Shown here in pieces: positions 18,244 through 29,077 of a DNA stretch of 64,000 bases. This stretch comes from Rhodospirillales bacterium. Its GTDB lineage: Bacteria; Pseudomonadota; Alphaproteobacteria; Rhodospirillales; JASLLZ01. The notes beneath the pieces were generated by a model, which was given only the letters and a program-made list of their open reading frames with translations, was not told where the DNA came from and did no database searches. Every line of letters starts with the position of its first letter. Position 1 is the first letter of the stretch. The stretch lies in the NCBI GenBank assembly GCA_030754885.1, contig JASLZL010000013.1, forward strand, positions 866 through 64,865. Reading direction: 5' to 3'. The translations under genes were made by a program, and so were the position numbers.

Positions 18244-18369
18244 GGGGACCATCCACGCCGGACCTTCGACGCGAAAACCCATTTTAATGACGTTGAAGAT
18301 TGGCTAACGTCACGGCCGTTTAGAAGGATTTCCTGACAATTTCAGATTAATTTAACGGGAGGAAGAACC

Positions 18370-19677
18370 ATGTCTGAAGACTACGTCCATCCGGAGACCG
18401 TCGTTCTCCATGGCGGCGATTACCGCAGCGACCCGGCGACGACGGCGGTTGCGGTGCCGATCTATCAAACAACGTCCTATCAGTTCAACAGCGCCGAACA
18501 CGCGGCCAATCTTTTCGCACTGTCGGAGCTTGGCAATATATACACGCGGATCATGAATCCGACATGCGATGTTCTTGAAAAGCGCATCGCCGCCCTGGAA
18601 GGCGGGGCGGCCGCCCTTGCCTTGAGTTCCGGACAGGCCGCATCCACGTTCAGTATCCAGAACCTGGCCCAGGCCGGCGATAACTTCGTCAGCTCGACCG
18701 ATCTGTACGGCGGCACATGGAACCTGTTCGCCAACACGTTCAAGATGATGGGAATTGAAGTCCGTTTCGTCGATCCGAGCGACCCGGAGAACTTCCGCCG
18801 CGCAACCGATGACAAGACCCGGGCGTATTACGCCGAAACCTTGCCAAACCCAAAACTGGACGTCTTTCCTATCAAGGAAGTATCGGACATCGGCCGTGAA
18901 TTAGGCGTTCCCCTTATCATGGACAACACCGCGTGCCCGGTTCTGTGCAAACCGTTCGATCATGGCGCGGCCGTCATCGTTTATTCGACCACCAAGTATA
19001 TCGGCGGGCACGGCACTTCCATCGGCGGCATGATCGTTGACGGCGGAAACTTCGATTGGACGACCAAGCCCGAACGCCAACCGTTGATGAATGAACCGGA
19101 CCCAAGTTATCACGGCGCCGTGTGGGGCACTCTGATCCCGGAGGCCCTTGGCGCGCCGATCGCCTATATAATCCGGGCCCGTGTCGTGCTTTTGCGCGAC
19201 CTGGGTTCGTGCATGAGTCCGTTCAATGCCCATAGTTTTATTCAGGGCCTGGAAACACTGCCGCTACGGATGCGCCAACATTGCTCCAACGCCCAGACCG
19301 TGGCCGACTTTCTAAACGGCCACCCCGCCGTCGATAAGGTTATTTTCGCCGGTCACAAGGATGGCCCGTCAGGCCAACGTGCCAAGACCTATCTGAAGGG
19401 CGGCTTCGGCGCCCTGGTCGGGTTCGAATTGAAAGGCGGCAAGGACGCGGGCAGACAGTTCATCGACTCGCTCAAGATGCTTTATCATGTCGCCAATATT
19501 GGCGATGCCCGCAGCCTGGCCATTCACCCGGCAACCACCACGCACTCTCAATTATCAGCCGACGACCTGGCGGCAACCGGCGTCACCGATGGTTATGTCA
19601 GGCTTTCGATCGGCATCGAGCATCCCGACGATATCTTGGCCGATATCGGTCAGGCACTGGACGCCACTGGATCGTAG
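18370..19677 (+). CDS. metY: O-acetylhomoserine aminocarboxypropyltransferase (sulfhydrylase), Cys/Met PLP family
   Basis: VPIYQTTSYQF, NIYTRIMNPT, the STTKYIGGHG PLP-lysine motif and the C-terminal GDARSLAIHPATTTHSQL motif; 435 aa. Confidence 0.85.
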   Translation: MSEDYVHPETVVLHGGDYRSDPATTAVAVPIYQTTSYQFNSAEHAANLFALSELGNIYTRIMNPTCDVLEKRIAALEGGAAALALSSGQAASTFSIQNLAQAGDNFVSSTDLYGGTWNLFANTFKMMGIEVRFVDPSDPENFRRATDDKTRAYYAETLPNPKLDVFPIKEVSDIGRELGVPLIMDNTACPVLCKPFDHGAAVIVYSTTKYIGGHGTSIGGMIVDGGNFDWTTKPERQPLMNEPDPSYHGAVWGTLIPEALGAPIAYIIRARVVLLRDLGSCMSPFNAHSFIQGLETLPLRMRQHCSNAQTVADFLNGHPAVDKVIFAGHKDGPSGQRAKTYLKGGFGALVGFELKGGKDAGRQFIDSLKMLYHVANIGDARSLAIHPATTTHSQLSADDLAATGVTDGYVRLSIGIEHPDDILADIGQALDATGS

Positions 19678-19847
19678 GGCATTCTTTTTTCAGGTGCGGC
19701 AAGGGGATCTGCCATCGCGTTTGTGGTTTTAAAACGAGTGCGGGGTCTACCACCGTGTCGTCACGTTCGGGTGCCGTTGAACGCGAACCGACCGGGTCTC
19801 GGTTAGCGGCCAGTCCCAAGCCGCCAACCGGATCGGGAGGTGGAAGC

Positions 19848-20492
19848 TTAAGCCATCACGCCCAGTGGGGCGACGGTACGCCCGTAGACCTCGTTCATCA
19901 CCTGGGCGAGTCCCGTATAGATCGCCGAGGCACCACAGAAAATACCTTCGTACCCGGCCACCGTGGTGATCCACCCAAGCCCCGTAATGTCACCGATGGC
20001 CAATAGAAAGAACAGCACCGCCAGCGAGAGAAACACCGTCTGAAGCGCCCGATTGAGCCTCAGAGTACCGATGAACATAACAGCCGTGAAGGCACCCCAT
20101 ATGGCCAGGTAGGCGGCCATGGCCTCGGGCCCCGGGGCGGTGCCGAGTCCAGCCTTGGGAAAGATCAGGAGGCCCGCCAGGGTAAACCAGAAAAAGCCAT
20201 AGGAAAGAAAGGCGGTGGTGGCGAAAGTGTTGCCCTTCCGCCATTCCATAATTCCGGCGATGACCTGTGCCGCGCCCCCGTAAAATATACCCATGCTGAG
20301 GATCATGGCGTCGAGACCGAAAAATCCGGCGTTGTGCAGGTTGAGAAGCACCGTCGTCAGGCCGAAGGCGAGCAATCCAAGCGGTGCCGGATTGGCGGTC
20401 GGGTCCTCGACTACGACCCGCGCAGTCTCGACGACCATCAATTTCATCGGTTGGTTGGAGGTTTGCGTGCTATCCGATTGCTGAATGTTCAT
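19848..20492 (-). CDS. GPR1/FUN34/YaaH-family acetate/succinate channel
   Basis: [24 protein letters not shown] signature and six TM segments. The start is set at MNIQQSD (20492). Confidence 0.85.
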   Translation of the reverse strand: MNIQQSDSTQTSNQPMKLMVVETARVVVEDPTANPAPLGLLAFGLTTVLLNLHNAGFFGLDAMILSMGIFYGGAAQVIAGIMEWRKGNTFATTAFLSYGFFWFTLAGLLIFPKAGLGTAPGPEAMAAYLAIWGAFTAVMFIGTLRLNRALQTVFLSLAVLFFLLAIGDITGLGWITTVAGYEGIFCGASAIYTGLAQVMNEVYGRTVAPLGVMA

Positions 20493-20731
20493 TGAGGTTT
20501 CTCCAGGTATCGTGTGACGCGCGAGGACCCGAATAAAAACATCGCTCCCCGCCCACAAGGCCGATACCAAGGGCCGAAACCCCACCTCCCGACATCGGCA
20601 ACGATGACAATCTTACTCCATTGCCTCAGCCGACGCCTGAATACACATCAAATTTTTGAAAAAATTATTGGGCCGTGAACGCGGCAAACCGGAGTTGCCA
20701 TCGGGGGGATCCGTCGTTCATAGGCCGTGCC

Positions 20732-21598
20732 CTACATTGCCGCCTGGCCGGCAAACCGGAAATATAACTCTCGTGCCCGGCGTGTCATTTGTCCGGCTTC
20801 AAGCTCGCGGTCTTCGATGCGTGTATAGGGCACCACTTTGGCATAGTTGCCGGTGCCGAACAGCTCGTCGGCCGCCAATACCTCGGAAAAACCGATCGAA
20901 CGCTCTATCACCTCGACTCCGTCGCTGCGCAACAATTCTATGACACGCTGGCGGGTAATGCCGTTGAGGAAGGTGCCGTTTGACACCGGGGTCGCCACAA
21001 CGCCGTCCTTGACCATAAACAGGTTGGCATAAGCAAACTCAGCAACGTTGCCACTGGGATCAAGCACCACGGCGGTCTCAAAGCCCTTGGCCTGGGCCTC
21101 GCGCAAACACCGCGCCACGTTGGGATAGAGACACGCCGCCTTGGCCTCGGTCGGCGCCATGTCACGCGCCGGACGGCGAAAGCTGGACAGACACGCACTG
21201 ATCCCGCTGGGCTCCGGCAGGGGTGATTCGTGAACGGTGAGGATGAAGTGCGTGCTTGCCGGGTCGGGCACAATGAAGCCATCCTCGGGATAAAACATGG
21301 GACAAATGTAGAGGTCCGCGTCGCCGGCAAAGCGACCGATGCCATCGCGCGCCAGATCCTCGATTTCGGTCCCGGTGAGCATCGGTTCCAGGCCCATCAG
21401 ACGGGCCGAAATCACCACCCGCGCGCAATGCCGGTCCAGGTCGGGTGCCCGGCCCTGGATCGCCCGGGCACCATCGAACACGGCGGAGCCCAGCCACACG
21501 GCATGGCTCCTGGGCCCCAGCACCTGGGGGTTGCCGTCCTGCCAGGTGCCATCGACATATGTCACGGTGTGTCTCGCCGTTGTCGTATCCTTGGCCAT
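20732..21598 (-). CDS. PLP fold-type IV aminotransferase (branched-chain amino acid aminotransferase-like)
   Basis: About 288 aa. Family blocks are AVWLGSAVFDGARA, NVAEFAYANLFMV and FLNGITRQRVIELL. The start is set at MAKDTT (21598). Confidence 0.8.
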   Translation of the reverse strand: MAKDTTTARHTVTYVDGTWQDGNPQVLGPRSHAVWLGSAVFDGARAIQGRAPDLDRHCARVVISARLMGLEPMLTGTEIEDLARDGIGRFAGDADLYICPMFYPEDGFIVPDPASTHFILTVHESPLPEPSGISACLSSFRRPARDMAPTEAKAACLYPNVARCLREAQAKGFETAVVLDPSGNVAEFAYANLFMVKDGVVATPVSNGTFLNGITRQRVIELLRSDGVEVIERSIGFSEVLAADELFGTGNYAKVVPYTRIEDRELEAGQMTRRARELYFRFAGQAAM

Positions 21599-21624
21599 TG
21601 CGAATCCCTCTTTCGGCGGCGCGC

Positions 21625-22257
21625 CTACTGGGTGCTCCAGATGACGCGGGCGATCCAATCGATGTCGTCGACGAGGAACGTCGGGTCATCGTGGTCCGCG
21701 TTGAACGAAGCAAGGTCGATGCGGCGCGCTGAACGGCGGCGCAATTGCTTAACCATCACTTCTCCGGTCTTGGTTCTGACCACCACCCGGTCGCCACGGC
21801 GGATGCCGGCGTTGGGCGAAACGATGACGACATCGCCGTCGCGGTACACGGGCTCCATGCTGTCGCCGCTGATCTCCAGGGCATAGGCGTGGGGATCGCC
21901 GAGGTCGGGAAAGGGGATCTCGTCCCAGGCGCCACCGGCGGGATAGCCGGCGTCGTCAAAAAATCCTTGCTCTCCAGCCTGGGCGAAACCGATCAGGGGC
22001 ACGGTGCCGAAGACGACGCTGCCCGAACCCCGGTCCAGGTAGGTGACGAACTCGCCCAGGCTGGCACCCGTCGCCCGCAGGATCTTGGCAATGCTTTCGG
22101 TGCTCGGCCAGCGCGGCTTGCCGTCGCGCGTGATGCGCTTGCTCTTGTTGAAGGTTGTGGGGTCAAGACCGCCGCGCCGCGCCAGTCCCGAAGCCGAAAG
22201 ACCTTTTTCCTCGGCCAGGCGGTCGATGGCCCGCCAAATGTCTGAATGCCTAAGCAT
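21625..22257 (-). CDS. HTH + S24 peptidase (LexA/CI-like) transcriptional repressor
   Basis: N-terminal HTH (LSASGLARRGGLDPTTFNKSK) and a C-terminal S24 domain with the Ser motif GDSMEP and Lys context VMVKQL. Confidence 0.8.
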   Translation of the reverse strand: MLRHSDIWRAIDRLAEEKGLSASGLARRGGLDPTTFNKSKRITRDGKPRWPSTESIAKILRATGASLGEFVTYLDRGSGSVVFGTVPLIGFAQAGEQGFFDDAGYPAGGAWDEIPFPDLGDPHAYALEISGDSMEPVYRDGDVVIVSPNAGIRRGDRVVVRTKTGEVMVKQLRRRSARRIDLASFNADHDDPTFLVDDIDWIARVIWSTQ

Positions 22258-22310
22258 GGGAACATTGTCTTAGAAAGCGGGCTCTGTGGCACTAGGAAAA
22301 TATTACTTCT

Positions 22311-24491
22311 TCATTCTTTACGCCGACCGGTGGTGCGGCGGCGGATAATGTCCATGACCTCGGCGGCGGCGCTCGGAATGTGGGTACCGGGTCCAAATAC
22401 GGCGGCAACACCAGCGGCGGCGAGGGTATCGTGGTCGCGCGCCGGAATGACGCCGCCACAGATCACCGCGATATCGCCGGCGTTGAGGGCATCGAGGGCC
22501 TTGATCAAGGCCAGAACCAGGGTCTTGTGGCCGCCCGCCTGGGTCGAGACCCCGATCGCATGTACGTCGTTTTCGGCGGCCTGGCGGGCCGCCTCGTCGG
22601 GAGTCTGAAAGAGGGGACCCACGTCAACGTCGAAGCCGATATCGGCAAAGGCGGTGGCGATCACCCTGGCCCCCCGGTCGTGGCCGTCCTGGCCCATTTT
22701 GACAACCAAAAGACGGGGACGGCGCCCTTCGTCTTCGGCGAAAGCAGCCACCTCTGTGCAAATCTTTTCGAAATCACGATCGCCGGCGAAGGCGCCGCCG
22801 TAAACGCCCGAGACGGTGCGCGCTTGGACACGGTGGCGCGTGAACACCTTCTCCAAAGCTTGGCTGACCTCGCCCACGGTGGCACGGGCACGCATCGCCT
22901 CAATGGCCAGGGCCAGCAAGTTGCCCCGTCCCGAACCGGCGGACGCCGTCAGTGCCTCCAGTGTGGCCTGGCAGGCGGCCCCGTCACGATTTTTACGCAG
23001 GATCTTGAGACGTGCCACCTGGGACTCCCGTACGCGCGTGTTGTCAACCTCCAAGATATCGAATTCTTCTTCGTCATCGGTCTGGTACTTGTTGGCTCCG
23101 ACCATGACTTCTTCGCCGCGGTCTATGCGCGCTTGGCGGCGCGCCGCGGCTTCCTCGATACGTTGCTTGGGCAGGCCCGATTCGACCGCCTTGGTCATAC
23201 CACCCAGTTCCTCGACTTCGTCGATTAACCGCCGTGCCTCGCCGGCCAGCGACGCGGTCAGGCTTTCCACGTAGTAACTGCCGCCCAAGGGATCGACGAC
23301 GTGGGGGATGCCGGTTTCTTCCGCCAAAATGAGCTGGGTGTTACGTGCGATGCGCGCCGAAAAGGGCGTCGGCAACGCGATCGCCTCGTCCAAGGCATTG
23401 GTGTGCAGGCTCTGGGTGCCGCCCAGGACCGCCGCCAGGGCCTCAACAGTGGTGCGGATAACGTTATTGAAGGCGTCGCGTTCGGCCAGTGAGACGCCCG
23501 AGGTCTGGCAATGGGTGCGCAGCATCGACGATCGAGGGTCTTGAGGCTCAAACGGTGCCATCATCTCGGCCCACAAGAGGCGTGCTGCGCGTAACTTGGC
23601 GACCTCCATGAAAAGGTTCATGCCGATGCCAAAGAAGAAACTGAGGCGCGGCGCGAATTCGTCGATTTGAAGCCCTTTGTCGAGAGCCCGGCGCACGTAT
23701 TCGATGGCGTTGGCGAGTGTGAAGGCAAGCTCCTGGACGGCGGTCGCGCCAGCCTCGTGCATATGATAGCCCGACACCGATATTGAATTGTAGCGCCCCA
23801 TGTGCCGGGTCGTGTGCTCGATGATATCGGCGACAATACGCATGCTGGGCTCGGGCGGATAAATGTAAGTGTTGCGGACCATGAACTCCTTCAAGATGTC
23901 GTTCTGGATGGTGCCCGAAAGCCGCGCCGCCTCGACGCCTTGTTCCTCGGCGGCAACGATGTAGCCGGCCAGTACCGGCAGCACGGCACCGTTCATGGTC
24001 ATGGAAACACTGATCTCGCCCAAGGGTATGCCATCGAACAGTATCTTCATGTCCTCGACCGAATCGATGGCGACGCCCGCCTTACCGACATCGCCGATGA
24101 CCCTTGGATGATCGGAATCATAGCCCCGGTGTGTGGCCAGGTCGAAAGCCACCGACAGCCCCTTTTGCCCGGCCGCCAGGTTGTCGCGGAAAAAGGCGTT
24201 GGATTCCTCGGCTGTTGAAAAGCCGGCGTATTGGCGCACCGTCCACGGCCGGTTGGCATACATGGTGGCCCTGGGGCCGCGCACGTAGGGCGCGAAACCG
24301 GGCAGCCCGCCCATGTGCTCCAACGCGTCCAGGTCGTGGGCCGTATAGAGCGGCTTGACCGCGATTCCCTCGACCGTCATCCATGCAAGCTCGTCGACGG
24401 AGCCACCCCCGACCTCTTTCGTAGCGGCCTTTCGCCAGTCCGCCAATCCCTTGCTTGGAATCTTGCTCAAACCTGCCTCCTTAGTCGTCAT
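22311..24491 (-). CDS. methylmalonyl-CoA mutase (single-chain, B12-dependent)
   Basis: [44 protein letters not shown] and [21 protein letters not shown]. The C-terminal B12-binding domain carries GQDGHDRGA (DxHxxG). Length is about 726 aa. Confidence 0.9.
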   Translation of the reverse strand: MTTKEAGLSKIPSKGLADWRKAATKEVGGGSVDELAWMTVEGIAVKPLYTAHDLDALEHMGGLPGFAPYVRGPRATMYANRPWTVRQYAGFSTAEESNAFFRDNLAAGQKGLSVAFDLATHRGYDSDHPRVIGDVGKAGVAIDSVEDMKILFDGIPLGEISVSMTMNGAVLPVLAGYIVAAEEQGVEAARLSGTIQNDILKEFMVRNTYIYPPEPSMRIVADIIEHTTRHMGRYNSISVSGYHMHEAGATAVQELAFTLANAIEYVRRALDKGLQIDEFAPRLSFFFGIGMNLFMEVAKLRAARLLWAEMMAPFEPQDPRSSMLRTHCQTSGVSLAERDAFNNVIRTTVEALAAVLGGTQSLHTNALDEAIALPTPFSARIARNTQLILAEETGIPHVVDPLGGSYYVESLTASLAGEARRLIDEVEELGGMTKAVESGLPKQRIEEAAARRQARIDRGEEVMVGANKYQTDDEEEFDILEVDNTRVRESQVARLKILRKNRDGAACQATLEALTASAGSGRGNLLALAIEAMRARATVGEVSQALEKVFTRHRVQARTVSGVYGGAFAGDRDFEKICTEVAAFAEDEGRRPRLLVVKMGQDGHDRGARVIATAFADIGFDVDVGPLFQTPDEAARQAAENDVHAIGVSTQAGGHKTLVLALIKALDALNAGDIAVICGGVIPARDHDTLAAAGVAAVFGPGTHIPSAAAEVMDIIRRRTTGRRKE

Positions 24492-24711
24492 GGCGCCGAG
24501 TATAGTCAAGCCTCTCAAGTGGGGGGAGGGATTATTCCTAGCTCAGCCCCGCCCAACCCGGCAAATCTCAGAAAAAACACAAAATAGAGGGTTGATCCTT
24601 GCTGCGACCACCCAAATGTTGTAATTGTGGTGAACTTCGTATCCCCTTGAGGTGGGGTGGCGAAGGGTGGCGGAAAGGGCCTTCGAAAGCAAATCAGAAT
24701 AGGGAGCAAGC

Positions 24712-25068
24712 ATGGACTGGACTACCGAACGCATCGCCACCCTGACAAAACTGTGGGGAGGAGGTCTTTCGACCCGCGAGATCGGTCTGCGCCTCGGCGT
24801 GACCAAGAACGCGGTCGTCGGAAAGGCACATCGTCTTGGACTTTCGAAGCGCCAATCGCCCATTGTCGAGCGCTCCCGCGTGGCCGAGGTGATCCCCCTC
24901 GATAAATTAACGGCCGGCATGTGCAGTTGGCCCGACGGCGAACCAGGAACGCCAAGCCTCCGTTTTTGCGGCAAACCGTCCGTCCCCGACAAACCCTATT
25001 GCGCAGAGCATTGCGCCCGCGCCTATGTGCGCAGCTCCAAGGATCGCGAGACAAACCGAGCGGCCTGA
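24712..25068 (+). CDS. gcrA: GcrA-family cell-cycle regulator (short form)
   Basis: MDWTTERIATLTKLWGGGLSTREIGLRLGVTKNAVVGKAHRLGL N-terminal domain and the C-terminal CSWPDGEPGTPSLRFCGK...KPYCAEHCARAY motif. Confidence 0.8.
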   Translation: MDWTTERIATLTKLWGGGLSTREIGLRLGVTKNAVVGKAHRLGLSKRQSPIVERSRVAEVIPLDKLTAGMCSWPDGEPGTPSLRFCGKPSVPDKPYCAEHCARAYVRSSKDRETNRAA

Positions 25069-25116
25069 CCGAGCGCATCGCTCCGCCGGGGTTCAACAGG
25101 TATATAATCCCGGTCC

Positions 25117-25701
25117 ATGAAGGAGCCATTGAAAAACCGGGCGCTGCTGACGGGAATTGTATCCCTTTTCCTAGTCGCTGGCCTGATATCGGCGTTCACC
25201 ACCCTGGGGCCGACGGAAGACACTTGGCGGCGGCACCTTTCGGCCGTGGACCAGGCGTTGCGTAACGGCAACCAAGAGCAACTGGAGCACCATCTCGAAA
25301 CGGCCGTCGCCGCGGCCGGCCGATCCCCGGGGCAACGACTTCGCCTGGCCGTCGCGCTTGACGAGCGGGCGGCGGACCTCAAACCTATAGCCATGTCGGA
25401 AACCCTCAGCAGGTATGCCGTTGTTTTGCGCCAGGATATCTCTGGAGTATCCGACGGCATCGCCCCGACGGAACTCCTCGACCATCTTTTACTGCTCTAC
25501 GCCGACGGCCTGTTCCGGGTCGCCGGACACTACCTTCGCCAAGGAATGGTGAGTGAAGCCGAGGGCCTGCTGAAGCGCGTCCTGTTTGTCCGAGAAAGCA
25601 TCCTCGGACCCGACCATGGCGACGTGGACCGGGCAGCGCGGGCCTACGCCGAGGCCCTGACCAAACTGAATAGCGCCACCGAGACCAAAACGAACCCATA
25701 A
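25117..25701 (+). CDS. membrane-anchored hypothetical protein with kinesin-light-chain-type TPR-like C-terminal region (paralogue of 56232..56591)
   Basis: N-terminal anchor LLTGIVSLFLVAGLISAF. The C-terminal ELLDHLLLLYADGLFRVAGHYLRQGMVSEAEGLLKRVLFVRESILGPDHGDV aligns with DPLREVLLYYANGMVHVARRYTDVDLHGEAATLLDRVVRVRRAFLGPSHPEL of the ORF at 56.2 kb. Confidence 0.5.
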   Translation: MKEPLKNRALLTGIVSLFLVAGLISAFTTLGPTEDTWRRHLSAVDQALRNGNQEQLEHHLETAVAAAGRSPGQRLRLAVALDERAADLKPIAMSETLSRYAVVLRQDISGVSDGIAPTELLDHLLLLYADGLFRVAGHYLRQGMVSEAEGLLKRVLFVRESILGPDHGDVDRAARAYAEALTKLNSATETKTNP

Positions 25702-25812
25702 ATCCAAGCCATTGTATCGGAACGCACGGTCTCTTATCATCCCGCCTTTAAAATAGGCGGTGTTAACATCCGACGTCCGGTTCCAGACAACCGCAAAACA
25801 GGGAGTATCACG

Positions 25813-26175
25813 ATGACAGATACCAGACCCTTGGCCCGGGGGCGCGCCAAACATTTCGTAGCCAACCTGGTAACAGCCGCCTTATTTCTTGGCGTTACCC
25901 TGTTTGCCACCGATGTCGGAGCAACGAAGCACGAGGCCATTTTTGCCGCTTTAACCGATAATGCCAAGCGAATCATAGAAGAAGCCAACAAGGCTTTCGG
26001 CGGCGGTTTTGAATCGGTGTGCGAGGCCGGGCGGTCGAAGGTCAACCCCAAGGTGAGGCTGATCACCAAGGCGCTCATCGAGCAAAAGGTGCTGGTGGGC
26101 AGCTCGGGCTTTTTTCAGCTCGAGGTCGAAAACTACTACGCGCGCATCTGCGGCAAAAAATTCCGTCGAAAATGA
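25813..26175 (+). CDS. hypothetical exported/anchored small protein
   Basis: 120 aa with an N-terminal hydrophobic segment (FVANLVTAALFLGVTLFA). I recognise no family. It fills the gap between two supported genes on the same strand. Confidence 0.4.
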   Translation: MTDTRPLARGRAKHFVANLVTAALFLGVTLFATDVGATKHEAIFAALTDNAKRIIEEANKAFGGGFESVCEAGRSKVNPKVRLITKALIEQKVLVGSSGFFQLEVENYYARICGKKFRRK

Positions 26176-26200
26176 GCGCGCCAGCTGGAATGGGTGAGTG

Positions 26201-27058
26201 ATGAACCAGGCGGGTGAGACGACAATCACCGAACAGAATATCGAGGACTTCAACAAGGACGGCGTCGTCTGCCTGCGCCGCGTTCTCGACGACGATTGGG
26301 TGGACCGCATGCGGGGTGCGGTTGACCGCATTACCGAAAATCCGGGCCCTATGCGCGAAAGCTATTACCCGGACAGACCTGGCGACTTTTTCAGCGAAAA
26401 ATTTTTGTGGACCGTCGACGAGGACTTCCGCTCTTATGCCTTCGAATCGCCCGTCGCCGCGGCTGTTGGCCGGCTCATGGGTACGCGCCGGCTCAATTTT
26501 TTCTACGATCATCTCCTGGTCAAGGAGCCGGGCACGGATTCTGCGACGGAATGGCACCAGGATTCAAACTTCTGGCCCTTCTCGGGCTCTCAAATCGCGA
26601 CGCTTTGGGCGCCCCTGGACCGAGCGACACGTGACAACGGGGTGCTTGAGTTCGTGCCTGGATCTCACCTTTGGCACGACCGTCCGATGTCCCGGCCGAC
26701 CATTTTCGGCGACCGCGACGGTAAGCCCCAAGACGTGACCGACGAGGGGGCCGGGCCGGTAGACGACACACCCGAACAGCCCGACATTCAGAATAACCGG
26801 GACCAGTTCGACATCGTATCGTGGGACCTCGACCCCGGCGATGCGCTGGTCTTTACCGGGTTGACGCTCCACTACGCCAGCGGCAATCCCACCGAGGGTC
26901 GCCGTCGTGGCCTGGCGACCCGCTGGCTGGGCGACGATATCCGTTTTCTGCGTAAGAAAAAAATGCTCAAGATGATCCGTGACCCCGGCCTCACGGACGG
27001 CAGCCGCGTGGACTGCGATCTTTTCCCGGTTGTCTGGCACGCGGACAAAGCCGCCTAA
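26201..27058 (+). CDS. PhyH-family Fe(II)/2-oxoglutarate dioxygenase (copy A)
   Basis: F..DG..CLRRVL..DWVDRMRGAVD N terminus, His-x-Asp context EWHQDSNFWPF, and distal His TGLTLHYASGN plus Arg RRRGLATRW. Full-length paralogue of 56647..57504. Confidence 0.85.
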   Translation: MNQAGETTITEQNIEDFNKDGVVCLRRVLDDDWVDRMRGAVDRITENPGPMRESYYPDRPGDFFSEKFLWTVDEDFRSYAFESPVAAAVGRLMGTRRLNFFYDHLLVKEPGTDSATEWHQDSNFWPFSGSQIATLWAPLDRATRDNGVLEFVPGSHLWHDRPMSRPTIFGDRDGKPQDVTDEGAGPVDDTPEQPDIQNNRDQFDIVSWDLDPGDALVFTGLTLHYASGNPTEGRRRGLATRWLGDDIRFLRKKKMLKMIRDPGLTDGSRVDCDLFPVVWHADKAA

Positions 27059-27079
27059 ACTCCCCTCAGGCGCCCGGTC

Positions 27080-28225
27080 TCACGGCGCGGCGCGCTCAAT
27101 GGTAAACATCCCTATATCCAAGGATGTCGGCCTTCCGGTCATCTGCTCGGCGACCAGCTTGGCGCAGATCGGTCCCATGGTCAGGCCGGCGTCAGGGGGA
27201 ACGGCGTTGTAGAAGCCCGGCACCCCTGGGACTTCGCCCAGGAACGGCTTGCCGTCGGACCTAATGTTGACGCCGGCCCAACTGCGCAGCAGCCGCTTCC
27301 TCTCCAGGTCGGGCACCATTTGACAGGCCAGCGCCACGTTCGCTCGGACATTTTCGGCCAGGACCGTCAAATCGCTGGTCGCCGGATCGATCTTGGCCGG
27401 CCACCCGCCGCCGATGATCAGGCCGCCGTTGGTAACCTGTTTCAGGCTCAGGATTTTCTCGGCGTGGCAGACCAAATGTCCGACCAATGGCGTCGTCCGC
27501 TCGGTGACGCTGGATTGCACGCAATTGGGTTCCACCGCAAGAGAAACCCCGACCTTGGCTGCGACTTGGGCGGCCCACGGTCCCGCCGCGTTGAGCACCC
27601 TTCGGCAACGAACGCGACCACCGGTGAGGAGGGCGGTAAAGTCCGCAGGACCGCGCTCCAAATCCAGCAACTCACGGCCCTCGAAGAAGCGCGCGCCGCT
27701 TCGCTTGGCACCCTGGACCAAGCCGGCGATAGCGCGTAGTGGATTGAGCTTACCTTCGCCCGGTGCGTACTCGGCGCCGATAACGGCTTCCGAGAGATAG
27801 GGCGCCAGGGTGCGAAGTTCGTTCCCCGACACCATGTGGACATCCAATCCTTGGTCCTGTTCCAGCGCCGCCTTGTCGGCCAGGAACGCCATCTGTTCAT
27901 CCGTTTCCGCCACCATCAGGCCGCCGATGATGCGCAATTCGATGTCGCCATCCAGCTCTCGGCTCAGCTCCTGCCAGACGCCGGACGCCGCCACCATGAG
28001 GGGTAGGGTGTCGACGCGCGCTTGGCGCTCCCGGGCGCTCCCTTCCCTAAAGGTAAAGGGCATCAATTGTTGATGCAGGCTTCCGGCATTGCGGCCCGAG
28101 GCCCCGCGGCCGACCTCGCCCCGGTCGACCAGCGCCACTTCCACGCCGTCCCGAGCCAGGTAGTAGGCAGCGGAGCAGCCGGCGATGCCGCCGCCGACGA
28201 TCAGGACGTCAGTCTCGATGTCCAT
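27080..28225 (-). CDS. DAO-family FAD-dependent oxidoreductase (copy 1)
   Basis: TDVLIVGGGIAGCSAAYYLARDGVEVALVDRGEVGRGASGRNAGSLH dinucleotide fold, about 381 aa. The start is set at MDIETD (28225). Confidence 0.85.
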   Translation of the reverse strand: MDIETDVLIVGGGIAGCSAAYYLARDGVEVALVDRGEVGRGASGRNAGSLHQQLMPFTFREGSARERQARVDTLPLMVAASGVWQELSRELDGDIELRIIGGLMVAETDEQMAFLADKAALEQDQGLDVHMVSGNELRTLAPYLSEAVIGAEYAPGEGKLNPLRAIAGLVQGAKRSGARFFEGRELLDLERGPADFTALLTGGRVRCRRVLNAAGPWAAQVAAKVGVSLAVEPNCVQSSVTERTTPLVGHLVCHAEKILSLKQVTNGGLIIGGGWPAKIDPATSDLTVLAENVRANVALACQMVPDLERKRLLRSWAGVNIRSDGKPFLGEVPGVPGFYNAVPPDAGLTMGPICAKLVAEQMTGRPTSLDIGMFTIERAAP

Positions 28226-28235
28226 GTGAGTCCGC

Positions 28236-29066
28236 TTACCCGCCGGTGGCTTCCCATCCCCATTGGGAGAGAACGCGGCGGCTTTCCTTGAGGCCGCTAT
28301 CGGGATCGTCAGGTGTGAAGACTTCCAGCATGGAATATCCCTGGTAGCCAATATCGCGCAGGGTCTCGGCCACGGGCTCAAAATCCACGATGCCGCTTCC
28401 TATGGGCTGTTTCTCGTGGTGTTCGGGCCCCCTATCGGCGAGGTGGACCAGCCCCAACCGGTCCTTGACCTGGCGCAGCGCCTGACAAGGGTCCTCCCCG
28501 GCGCTGAACGCATTGCAAACATCGAGATTGATACCGACACTATCCTCCCCCGCCTTGTCCAGTGCCATCATCAGGTGCTTCGAGGTGGGAAGAAACGTGG
28601 ACGGCACGTTTTCCAGCAACAACTGCACGCCGGCTGCCTTCGCACGGGGCGCCAACTCGCGAATCGCACCGATCATCCACTCCAGCATCGGTTCGAAAGG
28701 CGGCGGGAAGAACGGATGCACCTTGCCCGGCAGAAGCAACAGATAGGGCACCCCCCATTCCCCGGCCAGGTCGATCACCTGGCGGTACATCTCAAGGGTC
28801 AGCGAGCGCACCTCGGGCAGCAGGCTGTTGAGGTTGTTGTCGTCGAAGGGAAAGCAAAACGAGCGGACGGTAATGCCCTCATCGGCCAAGCGCCGGGGGA
28901 TATCGCGACGCTCACCGGGATCAAGTTCGGCAGGCCAGATATGGGGCGGGAAGATGACAACCTCGGCATCGTTGTAGCCGAGGTCAGCCAGATGCATCAC
29001 GGCATCGAAGGCTGTGTGGGTATAGATGTAGGAAAACGTGCTGGCGCCGAGAGGCAATCGCGTCAT
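28236..29066 (-). CDS. xylose-isomerase-like TIM-barrel protein (sugar phosphate isomerase/epimerase family)
   Basis: 276 aa. Family-like blocks are LENVPSTFL, GINLDVCNAF and GLVHLAD...IG.G.VDF. Confidence 0.75.
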   Translation of the reverse strand: MTRLPLGASTFSYIYTHTAFDAVMHLADLGYNDAEVVIFPPHIWPAELDPGERRDIPRRLADEGITVRSFCFPFDDNNLNSLLPEVRSLTLEMYRQVIDLAGEWGVPYLLLLPGKVHPFFPPPFEPMLEWMIGAIRELAPRAKAAGVQLLLENVPSTFLPTSKHLMMALDKAGEDSVGINLDVCNAFSAGEDPCQALRQVKDRLGLVHLADRGPEHHEKQPIGSGIVDFEPVAETLRDIGYQGYSMLEVFTPDDPDSGLKESRRVLSQWGWEATGG

Positions 29067-29077
29067 CCGTTGTGTTC

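Noticed and set aside
18244-18369. Possible SAM-II/SAM-V riboswitch upstream of metY, based on a GACGTT...GATTGGCT...AACGTC hairpin
   Set aside because: The hairpin loop resembles the GAUUUGGCU element, but I cannot find the conserved 3' AAAGCU-type strand needed for the pseudoknot. An Infernal scan would be needed to revive this idea.
21625-22257. CI/LexA-like S24 repressor as a marker of a prophage or defence island
   Set aside because: Both flanks are core metabolic genes (aminotransferase, methylmalonyl-CoA mutase). There are no integrase, phage structural genes, att-like repeats or toxin genes nearby.
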